Part shown: positions 43,379 through 56,211 of the stretch, one piece after another
How positions within the stretch are numbered: position 1 is the stretch's first letter
Layout of the letters: each line of letters starts with the position of its first letter
Assembly: GCA_000165425.1 (NCBI GenBank)
Contig: CT868067.1
Location: forward strand, 62,001-126,000
Reading direction: 5' to 3'
Length of the DNA stretch: 64,000 bases
Origin: Paramecium tetraurelia
Lineage: Eukaryota
Translations under genes and position numbers: made by a program
The notes under the pieces: generated by a model
Databases searched by the model: none
What the model was told of the DNA's origin: nothing
What the model saw: only the letters and a program-made list of their open reading frames with translations

Positions 43379-43998
43379 AATTAATATTATTTATTTTAGA
43401 AATTTTATTGATGAACATTTTCTATATAATTATTATCTACAAATATATATTTGTTTTGCTGCTGCAACAATCTCGAGATTCTTCTTAGAAATGCCCATAT
43501 ATACTTCAATTTAGCAAGGAAGTCATCATCTTCAACGAGAGTTTTTAATAGAAAGCCTTATTAAAATTTAGACATTTATTTAGATTATTCTAACTTATTT
43601 GAATTTAATCTTGTAAGGTAGTTTTGTAAGGAATTAATGAATCATCAATAAGAAACCTTAAGATACATTTCATTATTTAATCAAATTTTTGCTATGTAAA
43701 TAATAATTATTATAAATTATATATATTTATTATAATTTATCATTCCGAATCGATGTCATTTATTATATGACAAATCATACGATTTATTTCTAATTAAAAT
43801 TACTTTAATGTATAATAGACCTTATTGTAATTAATTGCTCTGGACTTGTTCTTAACCTATTCAAACAGCTTCTTTTGAGGCACTTTTATAATGATTTTTT
43901 ATAAAAATATAAGTTTAATATTTATTGGGTGAATGAATAGGTGAAAGAAATAAGGAAATGACCTTAATATATCAAACAATGTAGAGTAAACAATATAA

Positions 43999-44473
43999 TC
44001 AATTCTTCTCTTCTTTATTCTTTACTACTTCTGTATTCTAGTTATCGTTTGTGATTTTATATCTAGGTAAAGTGAAATTTTACTTTTTATATTGGACATC
44101 CCTGATGTCTTTCATTGATAAGAAAATTCTTTTTTTAGATTGTTATAGAGATGCATTTGCTTTGTTAGATTTAGTTTCCTTTGATTTTTTTATGGCTTTG
44201 GATACTCCAAGAGATTTCGATAGTTCAAACGAACTCAACTCATCGTTTATTTCATCATTTTTTATGGTCTTTTGCTCATTGGTCTTTATTTCAAGAGGAG
44301 ATTGAGGTTGAATTTATTGGCATTATTACACATGGAATGAGCAAGCATTCCTAAAAGTTTATAGAATATAAAGCTTACCTTAGGGCCATCATTTAGTTGT
44401 ATTAAGCAAGTTATTGTAGCAAAAGTTATTGCTGAATAAGAACGCGTTGATCATATAGAAACAATGGATTCAT
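43999..44473 (-). CDS. Hypothetical Gln-rich/basic small protein
   Basis: MNPLFLYDQRVLIQQQ; one 28-nt intron; TGA at 43999-44001. Confidence 0.7.
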
Positions 44474-44962
44474 AAATGACAAAAGAATATTTAAATCTCA
44501 AGATTTGAAGTATATTCACTTATAATGCTTAAAATACGTATTATTAAATAATACTGTTACAATCAAGTGTACACAAATTATATTATTGTCTATTCCAGTT
44601 TTAAATTAAAAGAGAAGAGTTATGGCGAAGCCAATTCCTCTAATTATAATATTTATCAAATAGATGATAACTATCAAAATCAAAGTGTATTTATTATTTT
44701 AAATTCATTTAACTTTGTTAATAATTTAGTTATTTTATCTAAATTTTAAATATTATTTTTTTTCTTTAATCCAATTGATTTATGAGACCCAAAAACATAT
44801 TTAATACTATCATCTATTGATAGAAATTGTAATACCAGTTTTATAACTTAGATTTATTTTGAACTTACTAGATGTTAGCAATATAGCTTTATTTCATAAA
44901 TTTTCTCTAAATTATATCAATCAATAAAGAAACAGAATTTTTAAAAGCATTATTTAATTAAT

Positions 44963-45899
44963 ATGAATTAATTTAATCAGAATATATTATTTGCTTTTTG
45001 GCAATCTACTCCAATAGTAAATAAGCTATTTATAATAATTGCTTCAATATTTTGGATCGTAGACCTTTTGATAGGAGATCAGCTCAAATTTTAGCCAATA
45101 TCTTTGTAATATGTTTGGATCTGGTAATTGATTACCTCAGTATTTGTTTAAGGTAATTGATTATTATAATCAAAGGCTCCTTTTGCTCATTTATTTTTAA
45201 TTTATGCTGTCTACCTGTTTTTAACAACGTTGAAAGAAGACTGGGAAGCATATTATACTTGTTAGAATTTCTCATCAAAAACAGTATTGGAATGGTATTG
45301 ATTTATTTAAATCTAGGCATTTATCTTTTTAGTTGTCAAGCTATATTGTTTATTAATTAATTATGATATGGAGATGATGTACTCCAATCATTTTGGGTTT
45401 TGGAATATCGCAGTCTACTTTATCACAACCTAGTACTTAATCATTAACATTTTAGAGCTCTCAAATAGCCTAATGAGGAAACTAAAGTGTTATTCCTCCC
45501 ATTCGTAATGAAAGTTAGATACTATCTCATATGCTTACTTTTATTTTTATAATTATTTAACCAAACTAGGTTTACAGTGCTATTTTTTGCATAAATTGCT
45601 TTGCTCGAGTTTATTATCTACAAAGGTCCTTTGTTCAGATTACCTAAGCAATTTATTGAATAATTGGAGAAGAAAGCATTCCTTTAAAAATGCATTTCAA
45701 GACAGGATTTCATCCCTATTGATCAAGCTTCTGATTTAGTATTTTCAGGAACACAAAAAATAGAATTCCAAATTGAAAATTTTCATAAAGAAATGGAATT
45801 GTCACCTGCTGGGTAATTTTATTTATAATTATAAAAAGATAAATGAGCAGTTCACAGGAGAAGGTTCCAACAGAAGAAGAAAGTATGCATATTAAATGA
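44963..45899 (+). CDS. Rhomboid-superfamily membrane protein, probably catalytically inactive
   Basis: TPIVNKLF, WIWQLITSVFVQGS, VERRLGS and multiple TM segments once four short introns are removed; no GxSG motif (HFGFWN instead). Confidence 0.7.
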
Positions 45900-47308
45900 A
45901 TTAATTAAATACGTTATTTATAAAAATAATAGGCTAGATTTTAAGACTTGAATCTGTTAATATATATCTATAACTTTTATAGAATAAGTTTTGAACTTAT
46001 ATTAAATTCTTGAATTTGATATGTAATAATGAATAATTTATTTAAAATTTTAATTTTAAGCCCAAAAATGCATTAAGGTTTTTCATTTTCCAATTCAAAT
46101 GAAGGATAATTTTATAGATCCAATAGAAGGCTCTTAAAATGAGTTATCATTCAATACTATAAAAGAATTATTTATGATCATAAAATGAATAATAAAATCG
46201 CTAAAGACAACATTATCTTTGATATTAATTAATTTGAATTAAATTTTTCAATAGAATTTTAAGACAAAAATAAAATATAAGTTATCTTTAAATCTTATTT
46301 TGTAGGAATTAATTATTATTTCTAATAGGACATTATTTTTAATATATTAATTAATATTTATGAAACTAATTAAATATCAGAAAATTAAATATAATATCCA
46401 ATCTTGTAGTTTTATTTTAATTGAGAAATTTATTTGTCTTTAGAATTGCAACTTTTCAAATGGATTTGAATTAAGTTCTTTTAATTTATAGATTTAAAAC
46501 TAACTACCATAAATTGTTTATAACATCATTATTTTTTATAATCTATACTTGATATTTTAGTTATTCATAATCTTAATTTAAATACATATCCCTTAATAAA
46601 AATGCAAAACTCAGATTTATGAATACTTTTCTATTTCTTATCATTTATTGAGAACCTTAACATTCAATGAATCATAGTCTATATGAGTAAGTGTGAATAA
46701 TTTGATAGAGAATTTAAATTCCAATAAAGTTTACAATTTTGTATTCTTTTCATTCTTACTTCATCAATTCAGATAAAAACCTTATGTAAGCCTCCACACT
46801 TTAGGAATAATTTTAGAACCCTTTTTCGAGATTAATGTGAAGATATTATTAATTTAATAATTATATGTGGTTTAGTAAAACAGTAGAGCTATCGATCGAA
46901 ATTGGAATAGGGGTAATTGAAATAATCCTGCTAATGTGTCTCATCTATTATGTAAGGAAAATTCATAAGAAGAAAAATTATTACCCTATCTACTAATTGT
47001 CTCCTATTACAACAATTTTATAAGGAATATCATTTTATATTTTCTAACTAACGATAGTACTCAACTTTTACTACATTAAAACTTATGATGAAATTACCTG
47101 GGACATTTGCTTAGATCAAAATGAAAATGAGAATGCTAATGTTGAAATTAATACAATCTACAAGAAAGCCCCTTATTATGTATTAACTATTGTTTATCTA
47201 TATTCAAGAGGCTGTTGCTTCACATTCACACTTATGAAGTCATTAAGAATTTTGATTGCATTCTCAAAATAAAGGTTATAAAGAAATAATGTAATAGTAA
47301 AAATCTAT

Positions 47309-48190
47309 ATGGGGGAAGCTCAGATAATACTAATTGCATTATTCTATGGGATGATGTTTCCCGCATTAACCATTATTACAAACTTATACTTTTATAATTT
47401 TGAGTTTTATTGTTGCTTATCGGTTTATGAAAATAATACTCGATTAGTATTTGCAAATAGTTTTCTAGAAGAACTATTGACTCTTTATTTGATGACAAAA
47501 ATACAGTTTAATAATTATTTTGATAATCTAATAAAGTTGACAATAAAGTTATAATTTTATTACATCATTTGGTTTGCGCTAAACTCTTTCATATTTAAAC
47601 TGGTGCCCTCTGGATCAAATATTGTCGGAATTTCATGCTGGCTTCGATGCTTTTATATGTTTTACAACTTTACCTGCGTCCCTTTGAATAGAAGGTAAAA
47701 AAATCCAAATCTGTACATTACCTATAACTAAGTGATGGACTTCCGCCTTATAACCTCGAAGGTTTTCAATAATTATTACTAAAACAATTATAGCATAATT
47801 GCTTTTGAAAATTTCTTAACAACATTAAATAGGATTCCCATAACCTAAACAGAAATAGAATTTATAGCCTAACGTAATAATATTTCAGAAGCAGAATTGT
47901 TTGATAAATATAAAAAGGTTGTCGAACTGTCATCAAGTTAGCAGGATTATCAGAAATTAACTGATGAAATATTTAAAATATTAAATTTATAGCCTACTTA
48001 AAAAAATCCATATCCTACTATTGATAATCTCCAAAACGATTTATACAATCATTTTGAATCAATTTACAAAGAGTGTTTCCAAAAAACCATTGCCTTTTAA
48101 GCAATCAAGGAATTAACTTATCATAATTAAATTCTCTAAGAAAATTTTAAGATATTACGAATGCCTCTAAATGAATGGAATCACTTTTGA
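47309..48190 (+). CDS. Hypothetical protein (5' structure uncertain, possibly degenerate)
   Basis: Continuous TGA-free frame from ATG 47309 to TGA 48188-48190; no motif recognised. Confidence 0.4.
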
Positions 48191-48292
48191 TAAAATCGGT
48201 GTTGATTGAATAAATTCTAAGAATTAGTGTTTAGTTTCCTTTTTGTATTACTATAATATTTTCCGTTTCATCCTTATAACATTTTATATATA

Positions 48293-50015
48293 ATGAAAAG
48301 TCTTTCTAAAATGGAAGAAATGTCTCCTGCCTAATAAACAACTAAAACTCCGACAAGGTCATTCACAAAGCCAAGGAAATATGATAAACTAATTCATAAG
48401 ACCACTCAAATTCCACGAATCTCAATTTAACGACTTGTCGAGTGTATGGATTAAGACAATGATGGATGGATCAAGAAAGAAGACATAATGAAATTCAGTC
48501 AGAAGCATTATCTATTCTTTGAAGATGAAGTAATTTTGATATTCAATTTTAAGTTAGCATAAGCAATGATTGACGAAGCATTGAGTAAAAGAATTGTTGC
48601 GTTTAAGGATTAGCTCAAAGAGCCAATAAATGTGGAAGAAATATTAGGAGCAGGTAATAAGTCATAAATAATGTCAGTTTAAATTCATTATGTATTGAAT
48701 GAGAATCATGTTTGGGTTGAGAAGCCTCGTCCTTTTAGAGATAAATGGGTGTAGTTATTATTGGCAGCAGGAGAAAGATTACCAACTGGTCATGATTTAC
48801 CTCCTGTGAAAATCACAAAGGTGCTAGACATGCATGAGATGAACCCTTTTCCATACAAACCAAAGTTGAATTGTTCCCAATCTTAAATCATTCATACTTC
48901 TCAATTACGGGAGATTCACAAATTTAATAAGGATAAACCTGAGGCTGGAATAGTTTTATAGGAGACAGATCTAATCAAACCAATAAACAATGGAGTAATA
49001 AAGGAGGAAGAGAAGGACAATCCTTTTGAAAAAGTAGTAAATTCTAAATTGTAAATCAAATAAAATTTATTAGAACAGTCAGATAAATGATTAAAATGAA
49101 TTTCCAACTATCAAATTCGACACATAAGCATACTTTAATGAAGCAGAGAGACTAAGTAAAGAGTAAAAATTGTGCAGAACTGGTAGAAATCCAATTCTAA
49201 AATTTATGCCTGAAAACCTAAATTACAAAGTAGAGAACACTGATTCGTTAAGAAAAAGTAGCGAATTCGAGTTAAGCCAAAGTACTGCTGCAAAATACCT
49301 CTCTCAACCGGTTTTATTAAGGAAACCGTATTATGGGTTGTCAGATACAGCTTTAATTAGTACTGAGTAGAAGTACTTCTAGCCTAAAAAGTCAATGGAT
49401 AAAAATTAAGAATCAGATAAATAGATTTTTTATTCCACTTTTAAACCTGAAGATGTCATGACATTAAAGAATAAATTAGCCAATTAAAAACAAAGAGAAA
49501 AAGAAAAATTATAGGACTTTTATAATCCTCCTTCCACTCACAAGTTTAGAGACGAATATTTAGATAAGAATAAACCTCTATTTAAGGTAAATTTATAAGT
49601 AAATTAAGACAAGAATTAAACCTGATTCCTTACCAAATCCTCATCTAATGTCAGAACATGATCAAAGACCTTAATTTGCAATTGAAGAGGATCTAAAGAG
49701 ACAATTAAAGGAAGAGTAGAAGCAATAATAATTAATCGATGATTATATGGGCACATTCAAGTAGAGTAAATAATGGACCAAATATTTCCCGGCTACAGAT
49801 TTAAATCATAATTTTGTTGATCACAAACGACCTAATTTCTTAGACAAAGGTAATTATTAAGAGCCAGGATTAATATTGCTTCAGTTTTTAAGAGAAGGAG
49901 CAAGTGCTAAAGTAAAAGTTCATTTATAAATCAGGACAACTTTTAATTATTTCATAGATTGTTGCGTACTAACGATAAGAATCTATTTTTAGGATTGTAG
50001 GTAGATCCCAATTGA
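48293..50015 (+). CDS. Hypothetical protein with N-terminal EF-hand-like motif
   Basis: MDQDNDGWIKKEDI motif; several short introns; TGA 50013-50015. Confidence 0.7.
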
Positions 50016-50122
50016 TTATTTATCATAATATAGAATAAATTCCTTAATATTTTTTATTTATCCTTTTATAACATATCCAGTAATATAAGTTATAAGTTAT
50101 ATTTTTTATTGATTTTTTGATA

Positions 50123-50410
50123 ATGAAAAAGTATCGGTTGAATGTTATGGACATCTATTTAAATTAATATGTTGATATTAGATCACAAGATTAAATGGAG
50201 TGTTAGCAACCTATTAATCATTTGTGTAGTCTTGGGGTAAACTTCATTTAATTCTATTAATTGAAGGCCATTCACATAGAATTAAATATTTATGATATGG
50301 GATTTTATTAAGGTAATCGTATCATAATTGCTAAAATTATGATGGTCATGAACACTATATAGTCACTTTCATTAGAAAATATATAACTTTGTAAATTTGA
50401 AGATCAATGA
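50123..50410 (+). CDS. Small hypothetical protein
   Basis: 288-nt ATG-to-TGA open frame in code 6, convergent on the next gene with a 5-nt gap. Confidence 0.35.
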
Positions 50411-50415
50411 TAAAA

Positions 50416-51866
50416 TCATTTTAGGAATTTTGAGTGCTTGGCAACTCCAAGCTGCTTTGTAACTGGCGAGTGAAATGTAAGACTTCCATCAATAGAAGTC
50501 AGAGAACCATCATTTTTTTATTGTTAACCTAATTATTGTAAAATATGAGTTTTTTGAGGACTCTTCAAGTCTTATCTCTTTGATTAAATGGTAATTGTAT
50601 CCAGAGATGCTCGGCACAAAGGGCAGATCTAATATTTGAATGAAATTGATACCTTATTCTTTCTCATCCAGTTTTACAAGCAATTCACATGAAAAATGTG
50701 TTCACAATAGGTGATTCTAACATTACTGTCAGGCTTAAACAGCTCTAAACAAATTGAACAAAATTATTCATCTTTTTAAGATGATTTCCTGTCTGTTACT
50801 GATAGAAATTGTTAAACAGGCATGAAATATTGAATTTGGTTGACATTATTCTACTATTTGACGCTACTTTTCTTTTTGAGAATGTAAACTACAATAATGA
50901 AAATAATAATAAGGCTTAAGATCGTTACCAACACTATAACAACTATTAGGATTTACGGTTATTCAGTATTGTATTCAGAATATTATACAACATCTGAGGT
51001 GTTGGTTACCACAATAAATTAAGAATAATAACTTATTTTTGTGAATTGTTCCAATATCAATGTTTGTTCCTTGCATAAATTTATTTGGTCTTCCTCAATC
51101 TTCAGAGTTTTCCCTATCTAATGAGGCATAAACAAACGCGATGAGTTCGAGTAACATTAAATTGAATAAGATATATCAGAATTTAACTCAATTGTATAAT
51201 CTACTGACTATAAGGTGATTAAATCCAAATACTGGACTTAAAAGCCATAAAAATAGTTATTATATTCAATATTGGTAGCTGCGATAGAGCAATCATATCC
51301 AACAAATCCTATTGGACATTGACAAAAGCCTTTGACACAAACCCCTTTATTTTTGCAATCCCTAACTTAATAATTGCATTTACTCTGCGCATTCGTCGAT
51401 TTCGAAGGATTCAATGGTCAAAATGTATTCCGAGTCAGTAGTTGAATATATAATTGCATTGCATTTGTTTCCTTCGATCTGGAAAATTTTGTAATATTTG
51501 GATACTAAAGTTGGATATTAGTTATGTGACAAAAAGATGATTTAAGTCTTGTTTTTTAATACGTAAGCATTGTAGTCTAATAAACAACTATTTGATCTAT
51601 CATTAGTTGAATCAAGTAGGTCTTCAAAATTCTCAATATTCTCTAGCTTATCTTAACAAATCGCCAATATTGGCATTTCTGAAGATTATTAAGTGACTGA
51701 TATTTTCAGGTTATTTTATGGAAGTAGATTTTCACAGAAATTATTTAAAGGAGTACTTTATATTCCTTATGTTGTATTTACCAAATTTTAAATCAGAATT
51801 TCAGCTAAGCATTATTATAAGAATATGGAAAATAATGAAATCATAATAATTATTAATGAATTTCAT
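50416..51866 (-). CDS. Signal peptide-EGF-TM-RING-H2 E3 ubiquitin ligase (copy C)
   Basis: EGF DCKNKGVCVKGFCQCPIGFVGYDC; TM ILSLIIIFIIVVYIL; RING CSICLE..RITYCEHIFHVNCLQNW..ICPLCR. Confidence 0.88.
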
Positions 51867-51899
51867 AACAAATCGGTCTTCATTAAAAATAAAGTAAAT

Positions 51900-53374
51900 T
51901 CATAGTGGAACTGCTGGGGAATTGGCTGATTTGTGTTCTCCAAACAATCTTATTTTTTTTTATGAAGAGTAATTGCTAATCTGTTTAGTTGAGGATGCAT
52001 TTTGATAGAGCCCGTCATCATTATTGTCTGTGTTGGTTAATTTATTAAGGGTTTCATAATTTAAGGAAGATCTACAAGTGGGACAAATCTAATTAATTAA
52101 TGAATAATGAATACTTCATTTTTTTCTATCCAAAGATCTAAACAGTCAGAGTGAAAAAAATGAGTGCAATATGAGACACGAATCTTATGATCCTGTTAAT
52201 AGTTTTCTAAACATATGGGGCAACACAGATCATCACTTAGACCAGGAAATTTCCTGATTAATTCTTCGAATGTCTGAATTGGCATAAATTTATTCATTTA
52301 TCTGATGAGTGTTATCTTTTGAGACATGGATGATGAATTTCCAAACAGGTTATTAACTTAAGAGGCCCTTTTCTTACATTTAAAACAAGCGAAAATAATA
52401 ATCAAAAGAAATGACAATCCAATCGAAGTGACAATGTAAATAATAGTATTTCTATTTGAACCATCCGATTAGTCAGATAGAATTCCTACTTGAGAATTAG
52501 AATTGAAGACATAAAGTGTTTAAAAGTTCAATGAAAACTGTTCATTATTTGAATGAATTTGGTCTACACACATTTTAGAGTCTTCTTTCGAGATTTCGAT
52601 AAAAGATTGGTATTCCAATTCACCTCTTAAATAAAATGGATTTTTTCCCAAACATTAAAATATAAAGCCACATCTTTCATTAAAATCAAATCGGAATGAC
52701 TAATAATATAAAAAATACTAATACATTTAATTCTGTGATGTTTAAATAATAAATCGAAACAGGATCCAATTAATCTTAACTAGCTAAATCCATAATTTAT
52801 ATACTGCAGTCATTGCCTATATATCCTGCTACACATTAGCACGAGCCATTTAGGCACATCCCTTAATTTTGGCATGGTCTACAATTCTTAGCTGATAAAT
52901 TACACATAGCATTCATTTTTGTTTTGAATGTCAAAGTTAATCATGAAATCACTTCTCTACTCCAAAACAACAATTATATTGGCTCTTGTGTTTTTTTTCA
53001 ATTAGATTATATTCATGTAACTATTATCTTTTTCTTTAAATTCAACAACTATTGTTTAAGTGGGTTTTCCAAAATCATAGGAATTTAGATCTGCAACACA
53101 TTAATTGCTAATTTGGTTAGAAGTTGATCTCTTACTTTTGAATTGCAAAATAATCAGGAATCCTTGGAAATGAGGGCGATCTTCTACAAATCAAAAAAAG
53201 AGGCAACTTATGAGAATAATAATTATTAAGAGTAATTATCAATCTCTGATCTACTGTCAAATTGATCCTGTCAAAGATGTCTGTTTCAATGTTGATCTAC
53301 CCATTCATTTATTTATATCCTTTGCTAAAAATTGAATCAGCAACTCCTACAGTCAATAAAATATTTAGAAACAT
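51900..53374 (-). CDS. Signal peptide-EGF-TM-RING-H2 E3 ubiquitin ligase (copy B)
   Basis: [78 protein letters not shown]. Confidence 0.88.
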
Positions 53375-53393
53375 ATAATAAAATCATAATTCG

Positions 53394-55068
53394 TCAGTTT
53401 TCGCTAAACTAACAAAGACCTGGAGTGTTAATTTGAATGACATTGGCAGACCCAGGAGATTGAGTTTCTAAAATGCTTTAATTGTCATTTACATTGCAAT
53501 TATCGTATTCTTTATTCTCTTTGCTAAAACTCTTATAATTTTAAAGGATCAATTTGAATAGCATCGTCAACCACCACTCCTAACCTAATAATCTATTCAT
53601 CCTATATCTGTTGCATGTATCTTTCCTAAGTCAAATTGCTTCTACAAAAAGGACAAGTCTATCATAATATTCTTAAGTACTTAAGTTCTTTTTCGCCATT
53701 CATCCAAGCAATACTGATGAAATAAATGCAAACAATATGTCAATTTAACCAAGTCCTGTTTCTTGAATTGCAATAGACAAATCTAACATTCTGAAGATTC
53801 CTGAAGTCCTGGAAATTCCTAAATCACTTAATCATAAATTTCAGTTGCAATATAATCCTATCTCAGGGAATGTCTAAACTTTTTAAGTTTGAGTTAATTT
53901 GCCTATTCATTGCTCGGCTATAGAATCAATATTCTTTTCCCTTTTCTCTATTTCTGGATCATACAGATGATCAACAAAATCAAAATTATCAAACTCCCCA
54001 AAACACATAGAATAATGTAAACGATCTCTAAAGTATCATCACTTTCTTCGGAATCCCCTGAGGTCAGAGTTAGTTTTATTTCAGTATTCATAATTTGTTC
54101 ATTAACAAACAAAATTATCAAGTATTTTTATAATGGAGTTTCTAGAGCTTCCTCTATTTTATTGGCATTTTCAAAGCAATTCTGTAGATCCTTCTCACTA
54201 ATCATTAGATTTCCATTCGAGATATTGGTTTGATTGAATGAGTTACTCTGATAAAAGGGGATGTACTGTTTTTGGTATGAACATCCATAGTAGAGCTTTA
54301 TCTCTAATTGTGAATCAATAGTTATGATAAGATTTGATGAGGAATCTGGAAGAGGAACAATGATAAGATTTTCAGTCTGTCTCTCCATTTAGAACTAGAT
54401 AATAATTTAAATTTACTGAAGATTTACTTCTGAAATTTATAATATTGCTAGTCATCTAACATGTACTGTCTAGTACTCCTAATTGGCATTGGCATAATTT
54501 TACTGCATTCTCACTGCAATATCCTCGGTTATTACATGAACTAATTTATAATGAAATCAAACTTATAGCATTCTCCTTTTTCAGAGGAACTGATTGTCAA
54601 TGTATACGTCGTTTCTTACGTCGAGTAGACATACAATCTCATTTTACGGTGATTTAATTAATAAACACTATATTGATTGTATACCCATTCATTTTGGTCG
54701 TCAATGTTATTAGTAATGACTAGTTGTTATGTATTTTGATAATACAATAAAGCATTATTATCAAACACACATTATTTTCTAATTACAAATAAATCTTACT
54801 TGTTTGATTCTATATGCTATTGGATTGAACTTATGGATTATAGAATAGATTTGACAACTTACTCATCATTATTAAAGCAATAAGCCAAAAGGGGATACGA
54901 AACTTTAATTTTATTTTCTAAAATTATAGTTAAAGTTGTTTTTCCAGTAGATGTTTGACCAAATTAATCCAAATCTAAATCAATGTATTAGAGGCCCTGA
55001 GTTCTATATTGCTTTGTAACAGAAAATCCATTTATTTAAATAAATAGCAATAGTAGTCCGAATATCAT
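53394..55068 (-). CDS. Signal peptide-EGF-TM-RING-H2 E3 ubiquitin ligase (copy A)
   Basis: Signal peptide MIFGLLLLFI; EGF-like CNNRGYCSENAVKLCQCQLGVLDSTC; TM region near 54030-53970; RING CQICLL..KLTYCLHLFHQYCLDEW..TCPFCR. Confidence 0.85.
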
Positions 55069-55281
55069 ATTTTGAACAATTAATTAGATTTATAAATATG
55101 TTTTATTTTTCACATTAAATCTCAATCATTAATACTAAAAATAAAAGATAGAGAAATTTCAAGGCTCTCCTACTTGAGACAGTATCGCGATTCTTAAAAA
55201 TTTAATACTTAATAAAAAAATTACAACTCATCTAATTCAGTTTTTTCTTTTCAACCATTCCTTGTATCTTCGTTTCTTATA

Positions 55282-56017
55282 ATTTTTTTTTTTTGTTATC
55301 AATCAATAAATTAGACAGTCAGGAAGATCATTTGATATGATGCTAGGCCTATTACTCCATTAATTTTTTTATATCAAATTTGTAGACATCATGAAAGCAT
55401 TAGAATATATTAGGTCCTATTGATCTGTTAAATAATTGAGTTAATTTGCTAAAAAATAGGTTAGCTTATCTACTTTCTTAGTATTTTCTCTCAAGTGATC
55501 TTCTCGAATGTGGCTTGCATAAAGTTACAGAATCTTGTATTTGTTTTATTAAAAATCGTGTATATATATATATAATAAATTAATTCACTTTCCCAAACCA
55601 TTTCCCAAATCAAATTTAATAGCATACTTCTAAAATAAATCCTTATCGTAATCCTATATTTTCTTTTTCAAATCTTGTTTCATATTCATGTATTTGCTAT
55701 CTCCCATATGTGTTCTTCTCATTGCGTCTTAATTTTAGAATTCCATAAAGAACTCATTACTTGTTACCAAAAACTAAATCACAAAAGGGTTGTACTTTTT
55801 TTTTTTTCTCCACTTATGTATTAGTATTGTCTTATCCTTTTTTTCTGAAATATTCTTCTAATGTCATTCCATTGTAACTATTCGGATTAAAATTCTAAGC
55901 CGTTCTGCTTTGAATAGCTGTACGATTTCTCTATTAATTCGAATTTGTTATTCTTCTTTTTTCTAATCGAGAACATTTCGATGTCTCTGGTCTTTATTCT
56001 ATACGCTCTTAACTCAT
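55282..56017 (-). CDS. Hypothetical protein or decaying gene
   Basis: Coding-like stretches (MSQERIEQRPETSK...), but the frame cannot be joined with canonical introns around 55560-55620. Confidence 0.35.
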
Positions 56018-56211
56018 TTTTATTGAAAAAATTAATATAATTTACTCATCTGTTAATAAATTTAATTCATACCCTATAACATTACAAACCTCCAATTAAA
56101 ACGTTATCCAAAAGAATAATCACCTTGTATACTAAATAGAGTAATAGTAAATTAAAACAATTTCAAACGTTTTTATATTTCCGATCATTTTTATATAATT
56201 TAACACGAACC

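Noticed and set aside
43368..43576. ~70-codon minus-strand ORF, also containing ATGATGA-CTTCCTTG reminiscent of U14 snoRNA
   Set aside because: The ORF would overlap the ribophorin I start, and the U14 similarity stops after 8 nt with no D box.
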